The notes under the pieces are model-generated. The model saw only the letters and a program-made list of their open reading frames with translations. It did no database searches and was not told the DNA's origin. 64,000 nt of DNA from Basidiobolus meristosporus CBS 931.73 (Eukaryota; Fungi; Basidiobolomycota). Both the position numbers and the translations under genes were made by a program. The number at the start of each line of letters is the position of its first letter. Position 1 is the stretch's first letter. The stretch lies in contig MCFE01000406.1 in NCBI GenBank assembly GCA_002104905.1, positions 16,489 through 80,488 on the forward strand. Reading direction: 5' to 3'. Shown in pieces: positions 27,214-40,737 of the stretch.

Positions 27214-29001
27214 TTATAGAATGTAGATAATTCGCTTGTTAGTAATAAACATACGCAATGTAAAGTCAATTATCAGCCACTTGAACTTAGAGTGACGAGG
27301 ACATCCAATTCCTAAAATGTATCGAGTATTATATATCACCATTACGGGTACAATAGGTATTAGAGATGTGTACCTAGCCAATTCATTTTTCATTAAAAAC
27401 GCTATGGCAACGGTAGATACAGAGGCTGACAGTGCCAGGACAGCAAGGATTCGATTGGCATTTTTGCCAAGATAATTGTGACGGGGGTCTCGCTTTTGGG
27501 CAGGAGGAAGCGGTTTACTGAGTATCTTGCGAACATGCTCTACATTTGGTTGATCGTCAATTCCGAGGTTTTCCCAATTCTTGCTATAAGTGTTGACTAC
27601 AGATCTAAATAGAGCTACGACGTAAGTATTTGGCCTCAGTTGACGCGAAAGGGCCTTACCGCTTGGGTAGCTCAAGTCCAGCAAGCGCTTGAAGTTTACT
27701 TGGTGGATATTTCGCTAATAAATCCAATGTTTTTGATAAAAGTGCATCTACGTTTGCTCCTTGTGGGAATTTGGAGAGGAATGTATGGACCATCGCGTAT
27801 TCACATTCACAATCCAGAAGCTCATCTTTACGGCTTAACACAACCTTGAGGTGACAGTTAGAGTCAAAGAACAGATCAGCCAACAGCTTAGTCACTCACA
27901 CTAGCAGCAAAATACACCGGCGCTAATGGGTTCACCGAAAGAAAGAAATCGAACAAACGTGTAACTTTGGAAAAATCATTCAAGTCGTGGCTGCACCATG
28001 TCAGAACCCAGCTGAGACAGAAATATGGTGGTGTCTCCGATCTATTATTCACGCTGTTAAGAGGGCTTCAAGCATGTTTGGCTAAATGATTCACTTTACT
28101 TTAGTAAGAAATTGCTGACTTGCGAATCTTCTTGCGCCAAAATGGTTTGCATCAAGGCTAGTTGGCTCATCACCGGCTCCAAGGAATCAGACATTGCATC
28201 CGTGTAGTTGAGTTAAGAATCTTGTCTAATATGGGAAATAGCAACGAGGAAGATTATACGAAACGAAAGGATATCTCAGGAAAAATAGTGCCATATTCTG
28301 GGCCGCTTCAGCAGCCTTATCTGGTCCCAAGACTAGAAGCAGACAGGTACATATGTCATGAAATCCCTAAAAGCACTGCAAATTAGAACAACAACAGCAT
28401 AAATGACCAGTATAATATCGATTGACATGCCTGGTAATAAGATAGTTCAGGATTGTTCCTTAGGACCTGGGTTATTACCGAGGTAAGTTCTTTTCGTTTT
28501 TCAGCTCGCCACGTCTGTCGAGTATCCGCTAGATAATATTTATCAGCTGAAAATCTCCAACAATTAACAGAAAAAGTAATACCTGTGGGCAATTTTCCTA
28601 AAGATCTTTTGACATCTAAGTCTACTTGGGATTCATCTTTATGGGGCATACCTAAGAAGCATACAACGTTACAAAATTTCCTTTTGGTAACTAATCTTCC
28701 AACGAATTACTTATTGTAGAATTTATCTGTGTTTTATCGCAGTGAAGAATCAGAGGCCTTGATCGAGAAACCGTTATTGACGAATCGCGTATGAAACAGG
28801 CTCACATAAGAACCAGTACCAAGATAATCTTCGAAGCCCATCATTTAGTAAACCTGGCCCAGTTGTCGCCAGCATCTTTAAGCTAGCAATATCTTTGTTG
28901 CGAATAGCATCGTTTATTAGTCCTACTCTCAGCTGTCGTTTATCTCGAGAGTTCTTGGAAGTATTGGTCCGATGGAGGGTTTTTTTCCTATGCTTAACCA
29001 T
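27214..29001 (-). CDS. TBC-domain Rab GTPase-activating protein (Gyp8/TBC1D20-like), multi-exon, C-terminal TM segment
   Basis: GLLNDGLRRLSW; HKDESQVDLDVKRS (catalytic Arg); LSYYQ; CECEYAMVHTFLSK; hydrophobic tail ILAVLALSASVSTVAIAFLM. Confidence 0.85.
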
Positions 29002-29833
29002 TTGTAACTTCAATATGATGGCACAAGTTGCTTTTGGTAAGTCAAACTGTATTCTTCATTGACAACGTTCAGGCAAGAATGCATTATGGTGGAGGAATTG
29101 CATATGATCTTCCATATTGCGCATAAATTAATTCGAATATCGTAAGCGGGAATGCTTGGCGTTAACCACGAAATTATCCAACTTAATCACCAACCGCCAC
29201 CTCATCAATGTTCATCGATATCTCTGCAGGCCAGGGCTGATTTTAAATTCGATGCAATGAACCAGAGCAGAAACATTGCAAATTTTGTATTACCAAGACC
29301 GTTTCCCTGTGGCAAACGGATCTTGCTAATCACCAATCTCCACTTTCCCAACTTTCGTATATTCGCACAGCGACCATATCCACTCATCACGGCGCATACA
29401 TATGAGACATGGGTTTCTTCCAATCCTTACAATGGGTGTCCTATATAAATATACCAGAACATCAGGCCCATCCATGCAGTGCGTGAACTAGTACCTTCTA
29501 TTTGGTACTCTCGGGTAACCTAAACTTTAACAGAGTTAATCAATTAGTAAAAGCCTGTCCGGCCATTGGCTGGTGCGCAATACCTTGGAGCTCACCTATG
29601 CGAATGAAAATCCAGGATTCTTCAGAGTACGCCATTGTGAATAGGTTTAATAAGCTTACTATATTAAGCATGAATGGGTGTTCCTGGTACATTTGCCCTC
29701 CGAGGTAACACCGACTTGTTCTATATTTATGAGTAAGCTATAAAAGCCAATTGCCAAACCACTTTTGTTTAAGCTTTATATTGCCCACAAATCTGGTCGC
29801 CAGATTGATGGGAAGAACCACAATTAACCAGCC

Positions 29834-32107
29834 ATGTTTTCCATATTACCCCTATACAAAAGTGAAAAAACCAACGTGCAGAGAACTTGTCAGTTTCCAA
29901 GGCCCACCCGACGATACACACAGCTCTTACTGATTGGAATTGGAACCTTTTTTGTATACATTGTATTCCGTCTTCTCACACCTCATATTAGCCCCAGCCC
30001 GAGCTCCTTAGTACACAACTCGGAAGAACCATTAGATCCCAACTGTCCTGGTATCTTTGCCTCCAACAACTCCCATGTTGCTCGATATTCCACCTCTTCA
30101 GGTGGCAGTTGCTCTGCTTTCGAAAATCTTGAACACTACAATCTATCTGAACAACGACGTGAAAAGATCAAAGCTGGCTTTCTTCATGCTTGGAACAACT
30201 ACGTGGAAAAAGCAATCGGTTGGGATGAAATATCACCAGTTACGGGAGCACCTAATAATAGGTTACTAGTTACTTATCTAATGACCGTCGAAGCAATATC
30301 GACTAACTTATGTTGAATTTTTTTCCGCACAGGTTCAACGGGTAACGACTAAAATGCTCAACTAACCCTCCCCAACTGGTGCCCAACTGACGCATTGTTT
30401 ATAGATGGGGGGCCACACTATTTGATTCTCTGGATACGATGCTAATCATGGGCTTGAGGTCGGAATTCGACCAAGTTATGCAATATGTCAAGGAGGTTGA
30501 CTTTTCCAAAAGCGTAAGTAGTCTTTGCTCCGCATGCTTATGGACTGAGATTGATCTTTCCTCCAGAGCGGGGTCAACTTCTTCGAGACCACCATTCGGT
30601 ATCTAGGGGGGTTAATTAGTGCTTACGAGTTATCTGGCAACCCGATACTGCTAGACAAAGCTCAACAGTTGGGAGAAAATCTTTTGAAAGCCTTTCACAC
30701 GAATTCCGGGTATCCGTACAACAATGTTGATTTTCAATCGTAAGTGATGTTTAGTAAGATCCTTATCGCTTTGGCAGCTCTAACATAGATTGTCTACTTA
30801 GCACGACGGATATCCCATTACATAATGGAAGATGCGTATTGGCTGAGATAGGATCATTTCAATTGGAGTTTAGGAAATTAAGTGAGCTAACAAATAACCC
30901 GATATTCCTTGAAAAGGTATGGGGTCCGTTGAATTTCTTATGGGCTTGGCTGATCCACCATTTCTAGAGTCAAAAAGTGATTGATACACTGGATAAGATT
31001 GAAAAGCCTTACCCTGGGCTGATTCCAGTTAGCCTAGACCTTGATACTGGCAAGGCACTGAAAGGTAATCCTCTGTTCCAGGTGGCAATTTTCTTAATTT
31101 TTCCCTTACCATTGATGACAATAGATACGATCTCTTTTGGTGCATTGGGCGATAGCTACTATGAGGTAATTTGCCAGTCAATCTCTTTATTGGTGGACGT
31201 ACCTAATGTAATGTGGGATAGTATTTGCTGAAGCAGTATTTGTTGACTGAGAAGTCTGTAGACCAGTATCGGCGAATGTGTAAGTGGCCTTCTAGGCAGC
31301 TGAAAGACACACCTATTAATCCTTTTATCCTAGATGAGTCCTCAATTGATAGCATGAAAAAATACATGATAGCCGAGGCCCGCGGACAGACCTATTTGTC
31401 GGCGTTGAACAGTCAATCGGTGATTGAGAAGTCCATGGAACACTTGGTGTGTTTGATTTTTTGATTCCTAATGCTTGCTGGTAAAGTTTCGCTAATGGGA
31501 TGGTGAAACAGACTTGCTTTACTCCAGGCCTCCTTGCCTTAGGGGCAAAAACATTGGAACGCCCGGAGGATTTGGAGCTGGCAAAGAAGCTCGTGAAGAC
31601 ATGCTACGATGCCTATAGAACATCCGAAACTGGCCTCGGTCCAGAAAAAGTCAGATGGCTGGCGGATTCGGATTCGGTGGAACTTCTGAACCCAGATGAT
31701 GCGAAGAGAGTGCTGGACCATGGGTTTTATTCGGATATACCCTACTACATACTGCGACCAGGTAATTCTCCTCAAATAGCTCGGGAAACCATTGCGATAC
31801 TCACCCCTTGTTGTCCCCAGAAACCATCGAGAGCATCTTTTATCTGTACCGATTCACTGGCGATCGCAAGTATCAAGAGTGGGGGTGGCAGATCTTCACT
31901 GCGCTGGAAAAGGTTTCCCGGACTCAATTCGGTTATTCTGGACTGAACAACGTTCATGACCCCCAATCATTGGATAACAAGATGGAGAGCTTCTTCATGG
32001 CGGAGACCATGAAATACCTCTACCTGCTATTCTCATCACCGGACCTGATTAATCTGGAGAAATATGTATTCTCGACTGAGGCTCACCCATTCAAGATCAA
32101 CCACTGA
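29834..32107 (+). CDS. Class I alpha-1,2-mannosidase (GH47), type II membrane, multi-exon
   Basis: FLHAWNNY...GWDEISP; [10 protein letters not shown]; [11 protein letters not shown]; [13 protein letters not shown]; YILRPETIES; [18 protein letters not shown]; VFSTEAHPF. Confidence 0.96.
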
Positions 32108-32408
32108 ACCTGAGCATGTATAGAGTGAACTTTGGATATTGTTACGGACTTTTCATATAAAAAGTACACGCGGCAAGCCCAATCGTGCCTTGTAGCTTGA
32201 TCATCTAGTACAATTCAGAAGCTCAGCCGCACCTTTGCTCCCTTGGTGCCCGGCTCGTCAGCAACAAATACCGAATCGGGGATGTTTGATGGTTTTCTAT
32301 AGTTTACTGCATGGATCAAGATTATTCACTCAGATAGTTGAGGGAGTGGTGTAGGGTTTGTAATATAGGTTAGTGGCCGGGAAAGGTGCTTAGAGGAATG
32401 CTCCACTT

Positions 32409-33323
32409 CAATCTGAGTCGTATGCTCTAAAGAGTAGTCTATAGCCGAGGCCAAAAAGGGAATTGAATCGGCACGTATGGGTCGAATAATTAAACGTAGG
32501 TGAGCTATGTGATAGGTTTGGTGAGATAAAAAGTGTAATGCGCCTGACATGGTTCTCTAAGCTACCAGATCTGAACCTCCTCATCAAAATAGGTTTGGTA
32601 TCGTTGTTGATGTGCCTTGCGTATACCAGGAAAAGGAAAGGTGAACCGTTGGCTACTCAGTAGAATATCGATCTGAGGATCACATAAGGCGGGGGTGCGG
32701 GATGCACGCGTGGGCTGGATGACAGGCTTTGGATCGGAAATTTCACTTTGTAGCATGATGGAAAGTAGTGACACCCTATTTGGGGGCGTGCAGCTTGGTA
32801 TGATCTTTTCGAAACAAAGTTCGGATTCCACAGACGCGGCCTCTGGTATAGGTATCGAATTACTGAGGTTCTGTTCAGATATCTCGTCCGAACCATGAGG
32901 TGGTCGATCATTCCTGATCTTCGATGTTTCAACCTGAGAATGTAGCTCATCAGTGTCATGTCCACTTGAGCCTGTCATGAGACTGGGTATAAGGCCAAAA
33001 TCATCATACTCGTTGATGAAGCTCATGAGTTTCATCTCCATGTCCCTACCTGCGGCAGCCATAATCCGCTCGAAGCCGGTCATTGGGCCAGTCCCCTCCG
33101 AACCCACAGGGGGGTGGCTGTTGGTGGGTTGGGAGTTGGGCCGGAAACACTCCTTGTCCTGGATTGCCTCGCTTCCTTTGGACACTCTGATGGCTCCTTT
33201 GTATGGGAGCTCAGGATGTACTCCTCCTGGATAGGACTTGTTCATAGTCCCAATCATTTGAACTAACCTTGTTGCACACGCATCAGCTTTAACTACCATA
33301 TTCGGATCAAACTGTAGAAGCAC
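32409..33323 (-). CDS. Uncharacterised multi-exon gene (5' end unresolved)
   Basis: 253-codon open frame with ordered-looking ends and a low-complexity middle, bounded by plausible splice sites (GTGAGC...CCAG upstream; TG|GTAGCT...CATAG downstream). No family recognised; both ends approximate. Confidence 0.5.
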
Positions 33324-34346
33324 TGGAGAGGAGGAGGGGCGCTATGGTGCCAGAGGAAGAAAAGGAAGGGTGGATTTCTGCTTGTTACCGTGGGCTCACT
33401 CTACACACGAGGCTGATGTGTGCTACCGAACGATGGATGTATGAATAGAACAAATTAAGTGTGAAGGCGCCCAAGCAGGTTAATAAATAAGATATTGTAG
33501 AAACATTGCCCCGTTTCAAAGAATATGGGCCTTTTTGGCTACATTAACTTTAATAGCTAGCGTGAGCCGAGATTGGTTGGAGTATTGGTGCTATTGCAAC
33601 TAAACCCTGTCGAAAAATTGGAACCGCGTTTCGACTTCGTAAGAGATGTGGTTACAAAATAACAATCGTGCCATTGTTTTCGGTCAGGAGAGATATCGAT
33701 GCTAGGCTGCCAATGTGAGGAGGCCTGGAAATATTGTCAAAGGGCCTCAAACAAACCGATCAACAGGGTGGATGAAGCTAGATATGGCTACGGTCCCTGA
33801 GCACGAGGCTCGATTTGGTCTACTGACCATCAAAACCATCTTCGTTTTATAATCGCACACTAAGATAGCATATGGAGCCCAAAGCACAATTCATTTGGAG
33901 ACATTCCTCATTTAAGCATGCATGGTAAGTCCACACTCGTCGCTAGGCAGAGTGGGAGCACACGATAATATGCCGAATTATTAAAAACAACAATCGAGCT
34001 CAAGAGTGCATTGTTCGCCATGATTATACAACTCAATGCTAACCCAAGTTGGAGACTGAACAGCTTTTGAGCATCTTAATATGCACAGATCCCCTATACA
34101 AAAGACTTCCTCATGGTAGTTCGGGTAAACCTCATTGGGTGCTGCTATCGCAAAATCGGTGTATAATAGAGATGATTAGAGTGCTTTATTCCAGAATAAA
34201 TGTACATAGCAGGGTATTTGAAGTGCCATTGATGGTGATTGCGAACGGGAGAAGCGAGTATTAAAGCAATCAGTACTTGATGGGCGTGAGGGACGGAGAA
34301 AACTGGCAAGTCTTCAAAATGGTATGTCAATCGTCAGGAATTGTGT

Positions 34347-36171
34347 TCAATTGTTTTTTTGGAGCCTAGCCTTTAATTGCTGCTGGTAAAGACTAGCTGG
34401 CTCCACGCGCTTTCCCATGCTCTCGTACCAACCTTCAGGCTTCTCTCCAAATGCCGCCCGAAGCTTTTCCCCTACCTGGCCCACTGCGAAGTTCTGTGCG
34501 GTGGGAGGCTTCTGAACAATGACACTCCCTTCACAGTTCCAGAGCATGTAGTTTGCACCCGACCATCCATGCCCGCTACCCATGTAGCCACGGTATTGGA
34601 CAGCAATCGATGATTTCACATTGTCAAAGAGCCCTCCAACAGACCAGCGCATGTGAGGCTCTATTCAGAAAACAGATTCAAATAAATCATCAATGCCAAT
34701 AGATATGGAATCCATGTAGACGAGGACACTTACCGCTCGTAGCAATGTCCCTTTCGGACTGACAATCATGGAAAACGTTGGGGCCTGTTATTTGAGATCC
34801 AACAATAAACGGATGTCTGGCATCAGTAGCACGACATTGTTTGTAGAGGATTCGCTCACTTCCTGCTGCAATGTAGTAGGCGTATCGATAACTACCATCA
34901 ATGGAGGAGACTGGCTCGCTATAAGTACAGTCTTGCACGGTGACTTGTAGGGATGCTTGGGTTGTAATGAAGTAATCGAAATGACGTCCAGTAACCCCGC
35001 GGACCCAACAATTCACGCAGCTTTTGACGTGCACAAATCCAAGTGCGTGGTTGTCGTCTGCTAAATAGGTCTCACCATTCTCGAGTTTTTTGGTGACGGT
35101 ATTATCGTAAGCAGCAACCCCGTTGAGATATTCTACTCCGACATGCTCGAGTCTCTCTGGGTAGGTGTACTTTGCGATCCAGCCACCACCCCATCTCTGA
35201 TTTATACTGGTGGTCAGAGGCGCGTCAAAAGTGATGGTACCGGCGTCGTTGTCGACTTCTTTCACTTTCCTTGTAAAGTAGAGATCGAAAGGCTTCCAGT
35301 CATACGAGTTCCTGTTGTTGGGGTCGTGCCAGGACAGGGTATCCATACCAATTTCATGGATCCAGTCCCAATTACCATAGCGCGCAATGACTATATCATC
35401 ACCAGCGGCAAACTTTCTTGAATCCTTGGTAGTTAACTGAATCTGAGTGGCACCCAAAGGAACATACTTCTGCATGATAGGTGCTTGGCTTCTACGATTC
35501 ACTACAAATCTGGCTTTTGTATCGATGGTGAAGGTGTACAAGCGATCCTTGAAAGTCGAAACAACTGTGGTGTTGCCGTTCTTATCACCACGGATGATAA
35601 TCCCGCTGGCACCTATGTTGATGACCTTGTTAACGGTGAAAACACCTGAACGCAGGAACAAGGCGCCCCGATACTTGGTTTTAGGGTCGATTGGGGCAGC
35701 TGCGATTTTCTGGATAGCCTCTTGGATTCTAGCCGTATCATCACCATTGGAAGGGTCTAGAGTCTCTAATGTAGGTATGTCCTCAGGGATATCCTGCTCA
35801 CCATTGTAATAACCAACATAGGAGTAGTCTGGAATAATGTCGCCCTGGTCCGTGAAGGCTTTGTAGTTGATAGCGTTGGTATTAGTATCCACGGTTAGCA
35901 AGTTTGTCTGACCTGCCGTTCCTGTCGGTTGCAGGGTTGAGTGCGGAACTGGGTACTTCGGTGGGAATATGGCTGAGCACCAGAAAGATTCGGAGCAACG
36001 CCAGTGTCCGTAAGATATGGCCCTTAACATGAATAGGAAGAACAAGACCACTCCCACTTGGCAACATCTCTTGACAATAGGCTTGCTATCGCAGCATTTG
36101 AACCAGATGCAGAATATGTCAGACCAGTGAAATCGTCTTTTGTTATTGATGCCGGAATATTCGTAGGACAT
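34347..36171 (-). CDS. Pectate-lyase-like right-handed beta-helix protein of bacterial type with N-terminal membrane anchor, 1 intron
   Basis: IPDYSYVGY..G...IP; GDDTARIQEAI...YRGALFLRSGVF; SGPHMRWSVGGLFDNV; GSGHGWSGANYMLWNC; VQKPPTAQNFAVG. These motifs resemble bacterial beta-helix polysaccharide-lyase-like proteins; substrate not assignable. Confidence 0.7.
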
Positions 36172-36806
36172 GATGGTATACGTGGGATTAGGGAAGCAAC
36201 AGAGTGAAAAGAGCAGTCTTGTGAAGACCTGTTCAAGGAGTAGGTAATGTTGAAAAAAACTGAACTCGTTATTACATTTCGAATTTCCTCGTATCACCTC
36301 CCGTTAATGAATATTAGAATTAATATAGATATTTGTAACGTATACTGTAGAGGCACCAATCCACTCTCGAGGCTAAATAAAGATGTGGCCAATATCGGCT
36401 GTCACTTTCTATTTTCGCCACTCACATGATTGAAGTTGAAGGTGTCATGAGCAATATGTGGGTGCATATTCTTAATAAAGATTTGATGAAGCCATTAGCA
36501 CAATTATTGCTATTTTGTAGGCGTCATCTCCAGCCTCAAAAGAGTGCGTAGCGCAGTATCGCAGAAAAGCCGATGGAAAACTGGCCAATTTCCCTCGTAA
36601 CTCGGCGTTGAATTGAGATGTGTATTTTTTTGCGCAATATAAAGATAAATGAACATCAAACGGTTGGGGAATTGTATGGCTAACAGTAAAACGAATTATT
36701 TGCGTGAGGATGTGGTTATGTTTCCTACTAAAAATGGTTCCTTCGGTTCAACAAAACAAAGTAGAAAGCTGGAGAATGTATAATGGCCAATTATCGACGA
36801 GCGGTT

Positions 36807-37586
<780 letters not shown>

Positions 37587-38530
37587 GTTACGCTTAGTGG
37601 TATTTGAAGATCGATTAGGTAAGACAAATATTTGGGGAGTAGTTACAAACGAATCTGAGGCTGTCTGTATCTGGGTTTAGAACACGAAAAGAACAACAGA
37701 GCAGAGTGAAGTTAAAAAAAAGTGTTAAGAGGTTGTAGTTTATTTGGAAGAAACTAGGGCTAGTGTTATGCGAATATCAGATTCGAGGCCATCAACCGCT
37801 GGACCCTAGTAAATACATGTATAGTTTATCAAATCGACTCAAATAACTAGCATCCACGAATTATTCAAATAGGCAATGATTTATCACGGTAACATCTTTT
37901 GATGGTTGACGTCTGATCTATGGCCCCTTTACTCAATTGTTCAGGTTTATGAGCTCAGCAACCCTCGTAAAACCTGATGCCGCTACTGTCTTTACAATAA
38001 CCAGTCACGCTAATTCCACAGCAGATACCAATAAAAAGCAGACCCGTCGTCGAACTTGCAGCTTCTCGGCTTGCTCAGCAGTGTTTCCATATTGGTACGA
38101 GGAATGCAGTGTTACCTGACCCAGAGACGCAACCAACCCTTACAGCTATGCTACATAGGAAGCGTGTCACCGCAGTGCACACGGGTATGTCCATCCAATT
38201 GCATTCTCGACCAGAGATATCTCAGACGCTTATAATATCTGTATAGACTGTCTGCCGATGCCTAACCAGCTGTTGAGCCTCCAAATTGACTTTATGGGTT
38301 TATTTTGAATACACTGCTTGGAGACAGAAATGGTAGATTATTGCAAGTTTTGGTTATTTGTTACAGGATCGCCTAGGTGTACAAAATCTATGAGGTTAAG
38401 AAGGGGAGTTGCATCACTGGTTATCAAAAAAAATCCTTAGGCTAGATCAACCATGTAAACAAAAGGAATTGAGATGTATAAAACTGCACGGGTTAATCAT
38501 CAAACAAGTTCAGACGGCTTTCACGAATCG

Positions 38531-39430
38531 TTAATTGAACTGTTTGTTGGGCTTGGAGCATGCGAAGAATTCGTAGATAAATCCTCCAACAATGGCTCCC
38601 AGAGCAGGTGCAACCCATAGGACCCAGAAGATATGATCACCTCCGGTCCATGGGATACTCTCCCAACCAGCAATCGACATGAAAATTCTAGGACCCATGT
38701 CACGTGCCGGATTCATGTTAAAGCCGGTCAGAGAGCCGAAGCTGAGCCCAATACCACACATCATCATACCCAGTGCCAGGGGAGTATAATGGGTTGCACC
38801 AATGTTCATGCGATCAGTAATTGCAAAAATACAGAGTGCAAAGAAGGCGGTATCAATGAATTCGGCGTAGAAGGCGGTACCAATCGTCATATATTCCGGA
38901 AGAAAGGCCACAAAGAGACCAGCAGACTCGATATCGCGAGTTCCCTTGTCAAATCTGACGATTTGTGCATGGAAATAGGTGAAGTTCAACAAAGCGGAGC
39001 AAAATGCGCCGAAGACTTGAGCAATTATATACCATGGGACTTTTTTCCACGGGAAGCCACGGTTAACTGCCATTGAAAGGGTGATGGCTGGGTTAACATG
39101 TCCCCCAGAGATACCATTGCACATGAAATGCCCAAGCATGAAGGCGAAGCCGACACCCCAAGGGATAGTGTTTCCAACGATGGAGTAGCCTCCAATCTCC
39201 ATTTTGCATTGCTGAACAACCCCGATGATGAAGCTAATAAACACAAATGTACCCAAGAATTCACCCAAGTATTCTCGGTATGTAGAGCGGAAGTTCCCTA
39301 AGACACCAGCACTCAAAAACCGTTGCATGCTTGAAAGCTCCTGTACACTGACTTCGGTAGCGAACGCTTCGCCCTTTGAGTTGCTAATGCCTTGAGTAGA
39401 ATCGTAGACTGCTATGCGTTCCTCGGCCAT
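38531..39430 (-). CDS. Aquaglyceroporin (MIP family), intronless
   Basis: Two NPA boxes, ISGGHVNPAITL and GFNMNPARDMGPR (the NPARD form typifies glycerol-permeable channels); EFLGTF; EFIDT. Confidence 0.95.
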   Translation of the reverse strand: MAEERIAVYDSTQGISNSKGEAFATEVSVQELSSMQRFLSAGVLGNFRSTYREYLGEFLGTFVFISFIIGVVQQCKMEIGGYSIVGNTIPWGVGFAFMLGHFMCNGISGGHVNPAITLSMAVNRGFPWKKVPWYIIAQVFGAFCSALLNFTYFHAQIVRFDKGTRDIESAGLFVAFLPEYMTIGTAFYAEFIDTAFFALCIFAITDRMNIGATHYTPLALGMMMCGIGLSFGSLTGFNMNPARDMGPRIFMSIAGWESIPWTGGDHIFWVLWVAPALGAIVGGFIYEFFACSKPNKQFN

Positions 39431-40737
39431 TGCTGTTTGAGATTTGTGGATGATGTTAATCGTGCTGCAACAACCTGCTTTTATATCATTTCGAGCCGTA
39501 TAGCACACACTTTCCCTATGCTTCCATTTATGGCTTCTCCAATCGTATTTGTATGCTGAATTATTTCGTAAAATGAATTCGGATATATTCCCAGTTGTTG
39601 GAGAACCAGGGTTACCAAGTTAGTTCGAAAACTTGGCGAACTTTCCTTTCTTGCCACGATCTTTTATTTCTCGACCTTCCAACTTGCCAGATTTTCAATA
39701 ATGGCGATTCCTGCGTATCTCTTCCTTCCTCTGAAGTAGAGCGTACTGTTACTGTTACTGTAATACTAACATTCCAGCAATTTGAATACTACCTACATAC
39801 CCTAACGTGACAGTTAGCTAAAGGCTATGTGAACAGCTGTAGAATAGGAAGTAGAAAGTAGAATGATCCACAATAGACTTTTCATTCTGTTTTCGTACAA
39901 TGGGTATTCAAGCCTCCGTAAGATGATTTATCAAACTGTATAGATCCCTAAATACCTCACCTCGATGGAATAGTTGCTAGGAATAGACTAGTAATAATGG
40001 AATTATAGATAAACCCTATTCCGATCATTAGTTTTTAACTCCATGTTAAAAAAGAATTCTAAACACATGCCTACTTTTACGCGAGTAGTATAGTTTATGC
40101 TCTGGATCTGGATTACATATTGGTATTGAATGGGGGGTTGATAAAAACCCTTCCATATATATCAATAAGCTTGGCGGGATGGAAAAATATTCTTTCCAAC
40201 TTTCTTGTGATCAAGTTAAAACTCGGTTATCAACATACGAAGTTGGCCATTCAAAATTGTAAATGGCTAGATAGAAAGATTAGATCATACCAAAAGGAGA
40301 TTTAACAAATAACACCGGTATCAAATCAAGATCTGTATTCCACTGATGACATTATTCCAGAATTTTAAGGTTTCCTACAGAATGCGGGTGTTGGAGTCAA
40401 AAAAATTACTCTCAGGTAAAAGCCGATCGGCATTTCGGTTGAATTGATTTGGGATTACAGTTCGAAAAATTTTCTCTTGTAAAATTAGTTGAATTATGAC
40501 TCTACGTATTCACCCATACGGTATTCAACTAAATCTTGAGAATACGTAAAGTTAATCAAATAGTTAAATAGGAAGTCATTAATATTCGTTATTTGGCGAA
40601 TTTCGTTAACACCAAAAAGGATGCTAGTTAATATTAGAAATGATGCTAAACCATCTTTAATGCCTAAGCTCCGCTTCTTCATAGTACGATACAGTGTAGA
40701 TCTATGCTATAACATGATCACTATATCTCAACCCAGC

